Below, piece after piece: positions 17,974-26,537 of a DNA stretch of 64,000 nt (position 1 is its first letter; every line of letters begins with the position of its first letter). The notes below the pieces were generated by a model. The model was not told the origin of the DNA and did no database searches. It worked only from the letters and a program-made list of their open reading frames with translations. Location: NCBI GenBank assembly GCA_023898665.1, contig CP060233.1:146801-210800 (forward strand). Direction: 5' to 3'. The translations under genes were made by a program, and so were the position numbers. The stretch is from Candidatus Nomurabacteria bacterium. Lineage in GTDB: Bacteria; Patescibacteriota; Saccharimonadia; Saccharimonadales; HK-STAS-PATE-42.

Positions 17974-19002
17974 TTAAGTGCTAATTATAGCACTTTTCTT
18001 CCCAGTAGACGAAATCTTAAATTCTTCTTTTGAATCAATTATTAAGCTACACCCTCGGAGCTGTAAAACCTTTTTTGGATCTTTCTCTTTCAAAAATTGA
18101 TCTGATCTTACTACTGCCTCTTTTGAGATTTCGTAGCCATATTTAGACAAGATATTGTGAAGAATTTCGTATCTTACTTTTTGATCTTTAATATTTAGAT
18201 AAACTGTTCGTGAATATGTGTCTTTATTTACATTAAGATTAGTAATAAGTTTTTTAGTTAATTCTGAAAGTTTTTTAGTGTCAGTTTGATTCTTTTCTAA
18301 AATTGATATAATTTTTTTCTTTTTCTGTTCGTGTATAGATTTAAGATCTTCTCTAATTTGATTTCTCAAATATTTGGTATTGTGGTTGGTAGAGTCCTCG
18401 TGCCAGGTTAGTTTATACTTTTTTGCGTAATTTAAAATATCTTGTTTAGTGATGTCTAGATCTTTATATAAATAAGGTCGCCATACTCCTAATGTGTGAT
18501 GCTTGAGGGATGTGAGACCTTTAGGGCTTGTGCCTCTTTTGATATTAATTAGTGCAGTTTCTAGAACATCATCCGCGTGGTGGGCAGTCACTATATGGTC
18601 AAGGTTGTTAGTTTCTAAGACCTTGTTAAAGTTTTTATATCTGAGCTCTCTGAGAGTGTTCTCTGAGCTATCTTTATCAACACTAAGCTTAATTAGGTTA
18701 AGTGGTAGTTTATATTTTTCGGTTAGATCTTTAATATGAAGAATATCTTGATCGGTATCTTCTCTTTGAGAATGGTCGATATATATAGCCTCTAGTTTTT
18801 TGATTGGGTTATCATCTAAAAAATTTATTATTTTGTTTTCAATTTTAAGAAGTTGTTGATTTTCCTGATTGTTTCTTCTATAAAATTTAGAAATTAGATC
18901 TAATAAAACAATAGAATCTACTCCTCCAGAAACAGCTAGAAGTGCCGACTTTGGGATATTATTAGAATCTTTTTTTGAGGTATGTACTAATTTTTTACTC
19001 AT
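17974..19002 (-). CDS. tilS: tRNA(Ile)-lysidine synthase
   Basis: PP-loop LLAVSGGVDS. Its position next to ftsH is typical. Confidence 0.85.
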   Translation of the reverse strand: MSKKLVHTSKKDSNNIPKSALLAVSGGVDSIVLLDLISKFYRRNNQENQQLLKIENKIINFLDDNPIKKLEAIYIDHSQREDTDQDILHIKDLTEKYKLPLNLIKLSVDKDSSENTLRELRYKNFNKVLETNNLDHIVTAHHADDVLETALINIKRGTSPKGLTSLKHHTLGVWRPYLYKDLDITKQDILNYAKKYKLTWHEDSTNHNTKYLRNQIREDLKSIHEQKKKKIISILEKNQTDTKKLSELTKKLITNLNVNKDTYSRTVYLNIKDQKVRYEILHNILSKYGYEISKEAVVRSDQFLKEKDPKKVLQLRGCSLIIDSKEEFKISSTGKKSAIIST

Positions 19003-19099
19003 TTGATAAATAACACTTGAAAAAAGACAAAGAGCTTATGTATACTTTTGATTAAATAGCTTAATATAAAATTAAGTTTAAAAAGAAAAGGGTGGGCAT

Positions 19100-19699
19100 A
19101 TGACTCCTGTAAGTGATGATTCTACAGCGCAAACAACTACAGCGCAAGCTGATGTAAACGATGATTTAGCAAAAGCTTTGGCTAGCGTTCAAGCTAGCTC
19201 GCAGAGCTCTACTCAACCAGCTGACGATTCTACTGGTCAAGAGATGAATTTTGAGACAGTTGGCGAACCTGTCATGAGTGGAGCTCCTGTGATGAGTGCT
19301 CCTCCTGTTGCGCCAGTTGCGCCCGTATCTCCAATGCCAACCTACACTCCAACAGTAGACTCAAGTAACCAAGAAGTTGAGTACTCTACTCCACCGGCGA
19401 GTATTGATCATACTCAAGATTATGGTTCGGCTTCAGCTGGAAGTAGCGCCGATAGTATCGAGCAGATAAAGATTTCTGCATTGCAGCAACTTAGACCTCT
19501 GATGCAGCATATTGAGCTTACTCCAGAAGAAAAGTTTGAGAAGTATTTGATGATGCTTCGTGCTAGTGATGATCAGGATTTAATTCAGCCTACGTACGAA
19601 GCAGCTCAAATGATTAGTAGTGAGAAACTTAAGGCTCAGGCTTTACTTGATGTCATTAATGAGATTAATTATCTAACATCACAGCAACTAGTTAATTAG
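19100..19699 (+). CDS. hypothetical protein (low-complexity Pro/Ala/Ser N-half, helical C-half)
   Basis: 199-aa ORF preceded by a GGGTGGG Shine-Dalgarno-like sequence. No motif recognised. Confidence 0.5.
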   Translation: MTPVSDDSTAQTTTAQADVNDDLAKALASVQASSQSSTQPADDSTGQEMNFETVGEPVMSGAPVMSAPPVAPVAPVSPMPTYTPTVDSSNQEVEYSTPPASIDHTQDYGSASAGSSADSIEQIKISALQQLRPLMQHIELTPEEKFEKYLMMLRASDDQDLIQPTYEAAQMISSEKLKAQALLDVINEINYLTSQQLVN

Positions 19700-19848
19700 T
19701 CGGATAAATTTATTGATTGGCTCAAAGATCATGAGAGGATCTCAACTGGGGTTCTCTTAATTATTTCTGTTTAAAATGTGATAAACTTAAGCTTAATAAG
19801 TGGCTTTTTATACAAAAGAAGGAAGACCTATAAAGTGAGCGTAATTCT

Positions 19849-20649
19849 ATGAGGTGGGGCTATACTAACTTAAGTTTAGTAATGTGGATTGGATTAACAG
19901 CCCATGTAATTATATTGGCTATTTTTTTTAAATTAATATCAGATGGAAAAAATAAAAAGAAAGCTTTTAATTTTTCGGCGGGACTGATAGTATTTGTCCA
20001 CTCTTTGATGTTAATAAGCTTAGGGCTTAACGACTCTGCAGCTAGTTTAAAGAGAGTAAGCTTTGAAGTTTGGGTGTGTGGTAAACAGGTTGAATTGGCT
20101 GATAACTCACCAACTGGAAGAATTTTTAGAGACGGAGGATATTTCTCTGACAAAAAGCTAAACTTAAATAGTGACAATGATCTGATTAGGCTTGGGACTG
20201 AGCTTAAGGCTGCTGGGCTGAATTATTCAAACAACTCAGTGACTCTTCCAATATCTAATAGTTTTGAGCTCAAAGTTTCTGGTGACAGTAATTTAGAGTG
20301 GTTAAATGATGCCCTCAAATATCCCACTAGCTCAAAACAACCTTCTTTAGTGATAAATAATGAAAAACTAGTTTGTCCGAGCGGTGACTTGGGGGTTTGG
20401 AATTTGTTCTTAGCGAGAGTCGATAATGTAAAAAAGACTTACTCTTGGCAAAAGTTAAGCTTAGCGGACTTGCCCGCAGTTAAATCTAGGGCCTCTGATG
20501 GTGATGATTTGGCAGATTGTTTAGTAATGGACTTTGATATATCTAAAGAGACACCAGAATATAGATGTGCCGATATTTTAAAAAAAGATTTTAAGAGGTG
20601 TCCAGAGATTGATAAATCTAAATGTTTATATAAGGAGGTGCGGAGTTAA
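19849..20649 (+). CDS. hypothetical membrane protein with Cys-containing extracytoplasmic domain
   Basis: 266-aa ORF with two N-terminal TM helices. It is tightly linked to the next gene (3-nt gap). Confidence 0.5.
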   Translation: MRWGYTNLSLVMWIGLTAHVIILAIFFKLISDGKNKKKAFNFSAGLIVFVHSLMLISLGLNDSAASLKRVSFEVWVCGKQVELADNSPTGRIFRDGGYFSDKKLNLNSDNDLIRLGTELKAAGLNYSNNSVTLPISNSFELKVSGDSNLEWLNDALKYPTSSKQPSLVINNEKLVCPSGDLGVWNLFLARVDNVKKTYSWQKLSLADLPAVKSRASDGDDLADCLVMDFDISKETPEYRCADILKKDFKRCPEIDKSKCLYKEVRS

Positions 20650-20652
20650 AGT

Positions 20653-21345
20653 ATGACAGACTTGTTTTTGCTTGTTCTTGGTGTTTTGGCGGTTGTTTTA
20701 GCTGGGGTTAATCTTAGATCTTTAGGAAATAGTCTAATTTTTTCTGTTAGTGTACTTGGTAAGCATGCGGATATGCGTAGGATGGGTATAAACTCTTTGG
20801 TATTTTGGTTAGGAACTACTTTAATCGTTGGTCCGGCGTTAGTTTTGTGCTGGCAAGTATCTTCTGCTTTGGTTAGCTTAGGGGGCTTAAGTTATCGTTT
20901 GTCAGCCTACAGTGTCTCTACTCTCTTGATTGTTTGGGGTTTGTTTAATCTTTATGTCTATAAAGTTGGACCTAGGAGAGACTCTGAAGGACGTCTACGA
21001 AGTAAGATTATTAATCTTAGCAGGAACACTGGTACGATAACTCAAGATTTTATCTTTGGTATGTTTAATGGTTTTAGTGTTATTGCTTCGGAGTTAGGAA
21101 TCTTTATTGGTGGTATTTGGCTAATCCAGACGGCTGGAGGCTTTGGTTTTGCAGAGCTTGGAGTGGTTATACTAGCGGCAACTTCCGCAATTTGGGCAAT
21201 TTATATGAGTTTATTATATGGGGCTAACTTAAGTGTTGCTGAAAGATTTAGAAAAGCTCACGGTGCTAAAGTGAGCTTTGTAATTGGTTTTTTAGGAGTA
21301 TTCGGATCGTGGTTAGTGCTCGCTAAAAGCATGGGCTTAATTTAA
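20653..21345 (+). CDS. hypothetical polytopic membrane protein
   Basis: 230-aa ORF with about six hydrophobic helices. Confidence 0.5.
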   Translation: MTDLFLLVLGVLAVVLAGVNLRSLGNSLIFSVSVLGKHADMRRMGINSLVFWLGTTLIVGPALVLCWQVSSALVSLGGLSYRLSAYSVSTLLIVWGLFNLYVYKVGPRRDSEGRLRSKIINLSRNTGTITQDFIFGMFNGFSVIASELGIFIGGIWLIQTAGGFGFAELGVVILAATSAIWAIYMSLLYGANLSVAERFRKAHGAKVSFVIGFLGVFGSWLVLAKSMGLI

Positions 21346-21369
21346 CCTTAAATTTATAATGATGAAAGC

Positions 21370-21398
21370 TTGACGCTTATGTTTAAACTGATTACAAT
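21370..21398 (+). promoter_or_regulatory. sigma-70-type promoter for the ATP-cone gene
   Basis: TTGACG-N17-TACAAT. Confidence 0.55.
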
Positions 21399-21450
21399 CT
21401 TTTAGTAATAGTTATAAAAATTCAAAATAAAAACTTAAAAAGTAATAAAT

Positions 21451-21717
21451 ATGTTAAGAATTCATAAGCAAAGTGGCCATGTTGAGCCCTACAGTGCTGA
21501 TAAATTAAAGTCTGGAGTAATTCATGCCTGCAGAGCAGTTATGACTCCTCTAGGTGCTGCAGAAAAGTTCGCTAGCGAAGTCGAAGGTAAAATCTCTAAG
21601 AGTGTCGGGCGTTACAGCGCGATGACTAGTCGTGATCTAAAGCGTTTAACTAAAAACGCGCTAGCAACTTATCACCCTGATGCCGCCGAAGTTTACGCAA
21701 TTAGCGAAGAGTTTTAA
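21451..21717 (+). CDS. stand-alone ATP-cone domain protein
   Basis: IHKQSGHVEPYSADKLKSGVIHACRAV resembles the ATP-cone start (V-x-KRDG-x-x-E-x-F-x-x-x-KI). The 88-aa protein has no fused catalytic domain or zinc ribbon. Confidence 0.6.
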   Translation: MLRIHKQSGHVEPYSADKLKSGVIHACRAVMTPLGAAEKFASEVEGKISKSVGRYSAMTSRDLKRLTKNALATYHPDAAEVYAISEEF

Positions 21718-22310
21718 GATTCTTGGTCAAAACCTTCCCAGTATTGGTCCATTGCTGACTGGACTACACTTAATGTTGCCTCTTTACCATTTAAGAAAGG
21801 ATTATAGCCTTCTCCGCTAACTACTCTGTCTACGGGCTGGTCATTGCCTATGTTTAGAGTCATTACCTTCCTTCCATCGCTAAGCTCTATCCCATGATAC
21901 CAGTATCTCCATGCTGCATCACCAAGTTGTGGTCCCGCGATATCAAAGTGCGCGAGTGCAAGCGCATCGTACATACCAATTTCATAGAGAGTCCCCTCTA
22001 CTAGGTCACTTCTATTCTCGGAGCCTCTTAAGCCGTAAGATGAAAAGCTTGGAAAGTTGGACTCAGCGATAACTTGTTGCGCGCTTTTACCACCTAGCTC
22101 GTCCGAGACGATCTCGGGAATTTGGTCAAGCTCTTGAACAACTAGGTTCAAGCCTGACGCGTGCACTCCTAGTTCTGCGACCACCGGATGTCCGACTATA
22201 GCCTCAACTATGTCTATGTCTGAGTGTATTCCGTAGCCAAAATAGTAGCCTGGTCTACTCATATATATAGTTCCATCTTTTACTTCTATTCTGTCTCGTA
22301 TTTCAGCCAT
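21714..22310 (-). CDS. hypothetical protein
   Basis: 198-aa ORF with its own TTGACT-N17-TAAAAT promoter. No motif recognised. Confidence 0.5.
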   Translation of the reverse strand: MAEIRDRIEVKDGTIYMSRPGYYFGYGIHSDIDIVEAIVGHPVVAELGVHASGLNLVVQELDQIPEIVSDELGGKSAQQVIAESNFPSFSSYGLRGSENRSDLVEGTLYEIGMYDALALAHFDIAGPQLGDAAWRYWYHGIELSDGRKVMTLNIGNDQPVDRVVSGEGYNPFLNGKEATLSVVQSAMDQYWEGFDQES

Positions 22311-22337
22311 AATTTATTTTAATTATATTTATATATT

Positions 22338-22366
22338 ATTTTATCAAATTATAACTATAAAGTCAA
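22338..22366 (-). promoter_or_regulatory. sigma-70-type promoter
   Basis: Minus strand TTGACT-N17-TAAAAT. Confidence 0.55.
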
Positions 22367-22398
22367 TACTATGGTTGTAAGTATAGAGATCAGAAGGT

Positions 22399-24387
22399 TT
22401 AGTGGTCGCAGTCGGGTTTTGGGGCGGGTTTCTTTTTTGGGTCGTTTGAGTTACCGCCGATGACGTTAACTACCGGGATGACGATTGGTGAGCGGTTGGT
22501 ATGCTCGTATAGATAGTGTGTGACGAAGTCTTTTAACTCGTATTTAAACTCATCTAGCGTGCTTCTGCCGTATCGCTCAGCAGTCATTTTGCGTAAATGA
22601 TCTCTTAGTCCGTTCATGAGATCCTCATTCTCTTTTATGTAGATGAAACCACGAGTGATGATGTCTGGGCTTGAGATTAGTCTTCGTGAGCGCTTATCAA
22701 TTGTTAAAACGATACTGACGATGCCATCTTGCTTCATGATTAATCTGTCTTTAACAACTAGGCTTGGGACGATCATTCCGGTTTCATCTATAAGTACTGT
22801 ACCTGAGTGGACTTTGCCGCTACGTTTGGCAGCTTCATCTTCAGTAAACTCGAGTACTTCTCCATCTTCTATTAAGAAGATGTTGGATGCAGGCATTCCG
22901 TTCTCTAAAGCGAGTTCTGCTAGGTACTTACGGTGGCGAGGTCCAGCGTACATTGGGATTAGATATTTTGGCTTTAGAAGCTCGATTACTTCGGCAAGCT
23001 CATCACGACGTGCGTGACCTGAGACGTGAAGTGGTCCAGACCCGTCAACCTCGTGATTTCTTGCTGTGAAGAGCTTAACACCCATTCTGGTTAAGTCGTC
23101 TTCGAGTTTCTCCATACTGACCTCGTTACCAGGCACTGGAGTTGAACTTAAGATTACGGTATCACCAGCCTTAAGCTTAAAGTCACGGTGCTCCCCTGTA
23201 CTCATTCTTGTTAACCCAGCGTTAGCTTCTCCCTGGCCTCCGGTAGTGATAATCACTAATTGGTCATCAGGAACATTAAGGGCTTCTCGTACAGGTATTA
23301 TTGAGCCGGCTGGTATTTTAACTAGACCAAGTTTTACAGAAAGTTCTAGGTAATTAAGCATGCTGCGTCCAGTAATACAGACTTTACGACCATGTTTGTA
23401 TGCCTCTTCAACGATCATCTGAACTCGGTTCATGTTAGAAGAGAAGCTTGCTGCATAAATTCTTCCGTGAGTTTTGTCCATGATTTCTGAGAAGCTGGTT
23501 TGTAGGGTACTCTCTGTTGGGACTCTACCTGGGGCCTGAGCATAAGTCGCCTCTTCCATTAAAACTAGGACTTTTTTATCGTCATTAGCTAGGCTGCGTA
23601 GACGCTCCATGTCTGTTGGGCGTTTATCGAGTGGTTCTGGGTCTAGACGGAAGTCTCCGGTGTGGATTAGCCTACCAACTGGGGTGTCGATAACAACCAT
23701 TGATGAATCTGGAGTTGAGTGAGTTACGCGGATTAGCTCAATTGTAAAAGGTCCTACAATAAGTCTTTCGTGGTTATCCATGTTCATTGGGACACATTCT
23801 GGGATGTATTCTTGGTCACGGAGGTGGAAGTGGTCGTCTTTGAATCTTTCTTCGATGAAGCCACAGGTAAAGGCAGATCCATAAACTTTAGCAGGTACTT
23901 TTGGTAACACGTGAGGGACTGCACCAACATGATCTAAATGTGCGTGCGTAAAGACGTAACCTCTTACTTTGTTTTTAATTTTAAGTAAATAATCGATGTC
24001 GCTTACTCCGAAGTTGACTCCTGGTAGGGCTCCTAGTGTAAGGTCCATTCCGCAGTCGATTACGATGGCATCGTCGTTGTATTCTATAACCGTAAAGTTG
24101 TGAGTACCGATACCGTTCATTCCTCCTAAAAAGAGAATTCTTAGGGTATCTTTTTTGATCGGTCCGGCAGAATCGTTTTTGAGCTTACCTTCGACAACGT
24201 TAAAGTTAGTAATAGCTTTATTGGCATCGTCTTGAGAGCGTCTTGAGGCTTGAATTGCCCGAGAACGAGAGCTTTTTAGTGGGCCTGAAGTGGCAGGACG
24301 ATTATTCTTTCGGTTATTTAATTGTCGATCTCTCTGTGGTCTATTGTTTGTATTTTGTTTTATGTGATTTATTTGATCTTGTTCCAT
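22399..24387 (-). CDS. rnj: ribonuclease J (metallo-beta-lactamase/beta-CASP) with a basic low-complexity N-terminal extension
   Basis: THAHLDHVGA motif and the beta-CASP region. The 662-aa length exceeds the typical ~555 aa because of an ~85-aa N-terminal extension. Confidence 0.9.
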   Translation of the reverse strand: MEQDQINHIKQNTNNRPQRDRQLNNRKNNRPATSGPLKSSRSRAIQASRRSQDDANKAITNFNVVEGKLKNDSAGPIKKDTLRILFLGGMNGIGTHNFTVIEYNDDAIVIDCGMDLTLGALPGVNFGVSDIDYLLKIKNKVRGYVFTHAHLDHVGAVPHVLPKVPAKVYGSAFTCGFIEERFKDDHFHLRDQEYIPECVPMNMDNHERLIVGPFTIELIRVTHSTPDSSMVVIDTPVGRLIHTGDFRLDPEPLDKRPTDMERLRSLANDDKKVLVLMEEATYAQAPGRVPTESTLQTSFSEIMDKTHGRIYAASFSSNMNRVQMIVEEAYKHGRKVCITGRSMLNYLELSVKLGLVKIPAGSIIPVREALNVPDDQLVIITTGGQGEANAGLTRMSTGEHRDFKLKAGDTVILSSTPVPGNEVSMEKLEDDLTRMGVKLFTARNHEVDGSGPLHVSGHARRDELAEVIELLKPKYLIPMYAGPRHRKYLAELALENGMPASNIFLIEDGEVLEFTEDEAAKRSGKVHSGTVLIDETGMIVPSLVVKDRLIMKQDGIVSIVLTIDKRSRRLISSPDIITRGFIYIKENEDLMNGLRDHLRKMTAERYGRSTLDEFKYELKDFVTHYLYEHTNRSPIVIPVVNVIGGNSNDPKKKPAPKPDCDH

Positions 24388-24573
24388 TTTTAATTAATAT
24401 TTATAAGGAGTCTAACGCTTTTAAACGATTACTAATTTTTTTGCGTTCTTGACTCTATTTTTTTTGTTAAGAGTTAATAATCGTAATTGATCGTTATTTA
24501 AGCTTAAATAAGGACGGATCGCGATTATTTTTGTACGGTTATTTAAGGAGAGAATTGTTTGTTAGCACTTAAG

Positions 24574-24602
24574 ATTATAGCAAAACTTATTATCGAAGTC
24601 AA
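24574..24602 (-). promoter_or_regulatory. sigma-70-type promoter, probably for rnj (about 170-nt leader)
   Basis: Minus strand TTGACT-N17-TATAAT with a TGC extended -10. Confidence 0.6.
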
Positions 24603-24605
24603 TTT

Positions 24606-25646
24606 TTATTCTTGGTAGTTTATTTTGAGGGAGGGCTCGGTTTTTATTTCTCGTGGGTTGACTGGTTTGGAGTATTCCGCCATAAAGCAGCCTAAGGCGG
24701 CGATCATGGCTCCGTTATCGGTGCAGAGGTCGATTGGGGCGTAATTAAGCTTAATAGGTAGGGCTTCTTGCAGCTCCTGTCTTAAATATTGATTTGCAGC
24801 TACTCCTCCACCGATAATTACGCTTTTTGGGTTAAATTCTTCATATGCTCTTTTGGTGGTGTTAACTAGGATCTCTACAGCTTTTTTCTGGAAGCTGGCC
24901 GCAATGTTATTGATTTGCTCTTCTGTAAGTCTTTCGGCAATTTGCCAACTTGGGAATCTGAAATCTTCTTCAATAAGCTCTTGTGATCTTCTTAAAACTG
25001 CTGTTTTTAGGCCTGAGAAGCTGAAATCGTATTTGCCAGAGACCTTTGGGGTTGGTAAATCTAAAAAGTTTGGATCTCCTTTATGAAATGCTTGATCAAT
25101 TGCGGGTCCGCCAGGATAATTTAGACCAATAAGTTTAGCGACTTTGTCATAAGCCTCACCAACGGCATCATCGGTAGTCTTTCCTATTAATTTAACTTTG
25201 AGGTGACTTTCTAAATAAAAGAGATGGGTGTGGCCTCCGCTGACAATTAGTGCTAAAACTGGGAATTCGGGCTGTTCTTCTAAAAGCCAGTTAGCGTAGA
25301 TGTGACCTAAAACGTGATGAACTGGGTAGATTGGTTTGCGGTGGATTAAGGCTAGTATGCGGGCCGTGAGGGTTCCGATCATTAGGCTTCCAAGCAGACC
25401 TGGACCGTTGGTTACGGCAATTCCGTCGATCTCCTTCCAGTTAAGCTTAGCGATTTGCATGGATCTATTGACTACTGGCATAATGACCTCGATGTGGTTT
25501 CGGGCGGCGACCTCTGGTACTACTCCACCGTACTCTTTGTGGATATCGATTTGAGTTTTAACTACATTTGCTAGCAACTTGTGTCCGTCTTCTACAATGC
25601 CAGCAGAAGTTTCGTCGCAAGATGTTTCTATGCCGAGGATTTTCAT
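24606..25646 (-). CDS. tsaD: tRNA N6-adenosine threonylcarbamoyltransferase
   Basis: MKILGIETSCDETS, HVLGHIY and SGGHT motifs. Confidence 0.95.
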   Translation of the reverse strand: MKILGIETSCDETSAGIVEDGHKLLANVVKTQIDIHKEYGGVVPEVAARNHIEVIMPVVNRSMQIAKLNWKEIDGIAVTNGPGLLGSLMIGTLTARILALIHRKPIYPVHHVLGHIYANWLLEEQPEFPVLALIVSGGHTHLFYLESHLKVKLIGKTTDDAVGEAYDKVAKLIGLNYPGGPAIDQAFHKGDPNFLDLPTPKVSGKYDFSFSGLKTAVLRRSQELIEEDFRFPSWQIAERLTEEQINNIAASFQKKAVEILVNTTKRAYEEFNPKSVIIGGGVAANQYLRQELQEALPIKLNYAPIDLCTDNGAMIAALGCFMAEYSKPVNPREIKTEPSLKINYQE

Positions 25647-26170
25647 AGATCTTCTAGTCTTATCTCCTTAACTTCATGGTCAAAGTCTGATATTGTTACC
25701 TCAATCTTTGCTAGTGGTTTTACGGCTTCAAGTGAACGGAGCTCTCGTTTGCTTTTATGGATTGGATCTTCTAAGACTACCCAGTCAAAATTATCCGGAT
25801 CTAGTAGATATAGATAACCTTTAGATTTTTTTGCTATTACTATAACATCTCTTGTAGCTGTATATGTGGTTGGTCCGCTATTGTCTCGGCTCCATCCGCT
25901 TGCACCTGAACTGGGGTCTTCTAGTCTAGATCTATTAAATAGTGATATAAATATTGAATCTTGTAGATTTTTTCCTGCGCATACCACTGGTTCTCCATCA
26001 GGCATTCCATGATGTATCGCTTGTCGAGGCTCGAGTTCAGTTATGTTAGGGTCGGGTGACCCATGGTAAAGATAACCCCGAGTTTTGATCTGTAGTCTTT
26101 CATCGAATTCTTCTGGGAGAGCTAACAGCTCTTGGATTGTTTTTGGGTGATTACTGTTCATTAAGTTCAA
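25643..26170 (-). CDS. hypothetical protein
   Basis: 175-aa ORF whose stop overlaps the tsaD start (ATGA). TGTTATAAT lies 8 nt upstream of its ATG. Confidence 0.5.
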   Translation of the reverse strand: MNLMNSNHPKTIQELLALPEEFDERLQIKTRGYLYHGSPDPNITELEPRQAIHHGMPDGEPVVCAGKNLQDSIFISLFNRSRLEDPSSGASGWSRDNSGPTTYTATRDVIVIAKKSKGYLYLLDPDNFDWVVLEDPIHKSKRELRSLEAVKPLAKIEVTISDFDHEVKEIRLEDL

Positions 26171-26188
26171 TTATAACAGAGGTGAGGG

Positions 26189-26488
26189 TCATGAAGGAAC
26201 TGATTGGTCGGTGCCTGTATCCAAAACAAAGCTCGGATGTTCTACTCTTCCATCTGGGTAAATTACTCCGTGAGTCCTTGGGACGTCTTCACAATTTGGG
26301 CAATATGGCACTGTGATACTCTCGACTTCACCACTACCAGATAGTGGAAAGAGCCCGTCTCTGACCGTTAGATGTGCTGTCTGTCCTATTAATTGGGTAC
26401 CGCATTTATGTGTCCAGCTTATTTTTCCTTTCTCCTCGTTTTTTTGAGATTCATCTATAACTGCGAATTTGTAACTTGGTCTGTTCAT
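26189..26488 (-). CDS. hypothetical small protein, possible zinc ribbon
   Basis: 99-aa ORF with HKC...CPNC. TGCTAATAT lies 6 nt upstream of the ATG, inside a palindrome. Confidence 0.45.
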   Translation of the reverse strand: MNRPSYKFAVIDESQKNEEKGKISWTHKCGTQLIGQTAHLTVRDGLFPLSGSGEVESITVPYCPNCEDVPRTHGVIYPDGRVEHPSFVLDTGTDQSVPS

Positions 26489-26537
26489 ATGGTGATATTA
26501 GCACCATATTTTGTGTAAGTAAATTGCTAGTGCTTAT

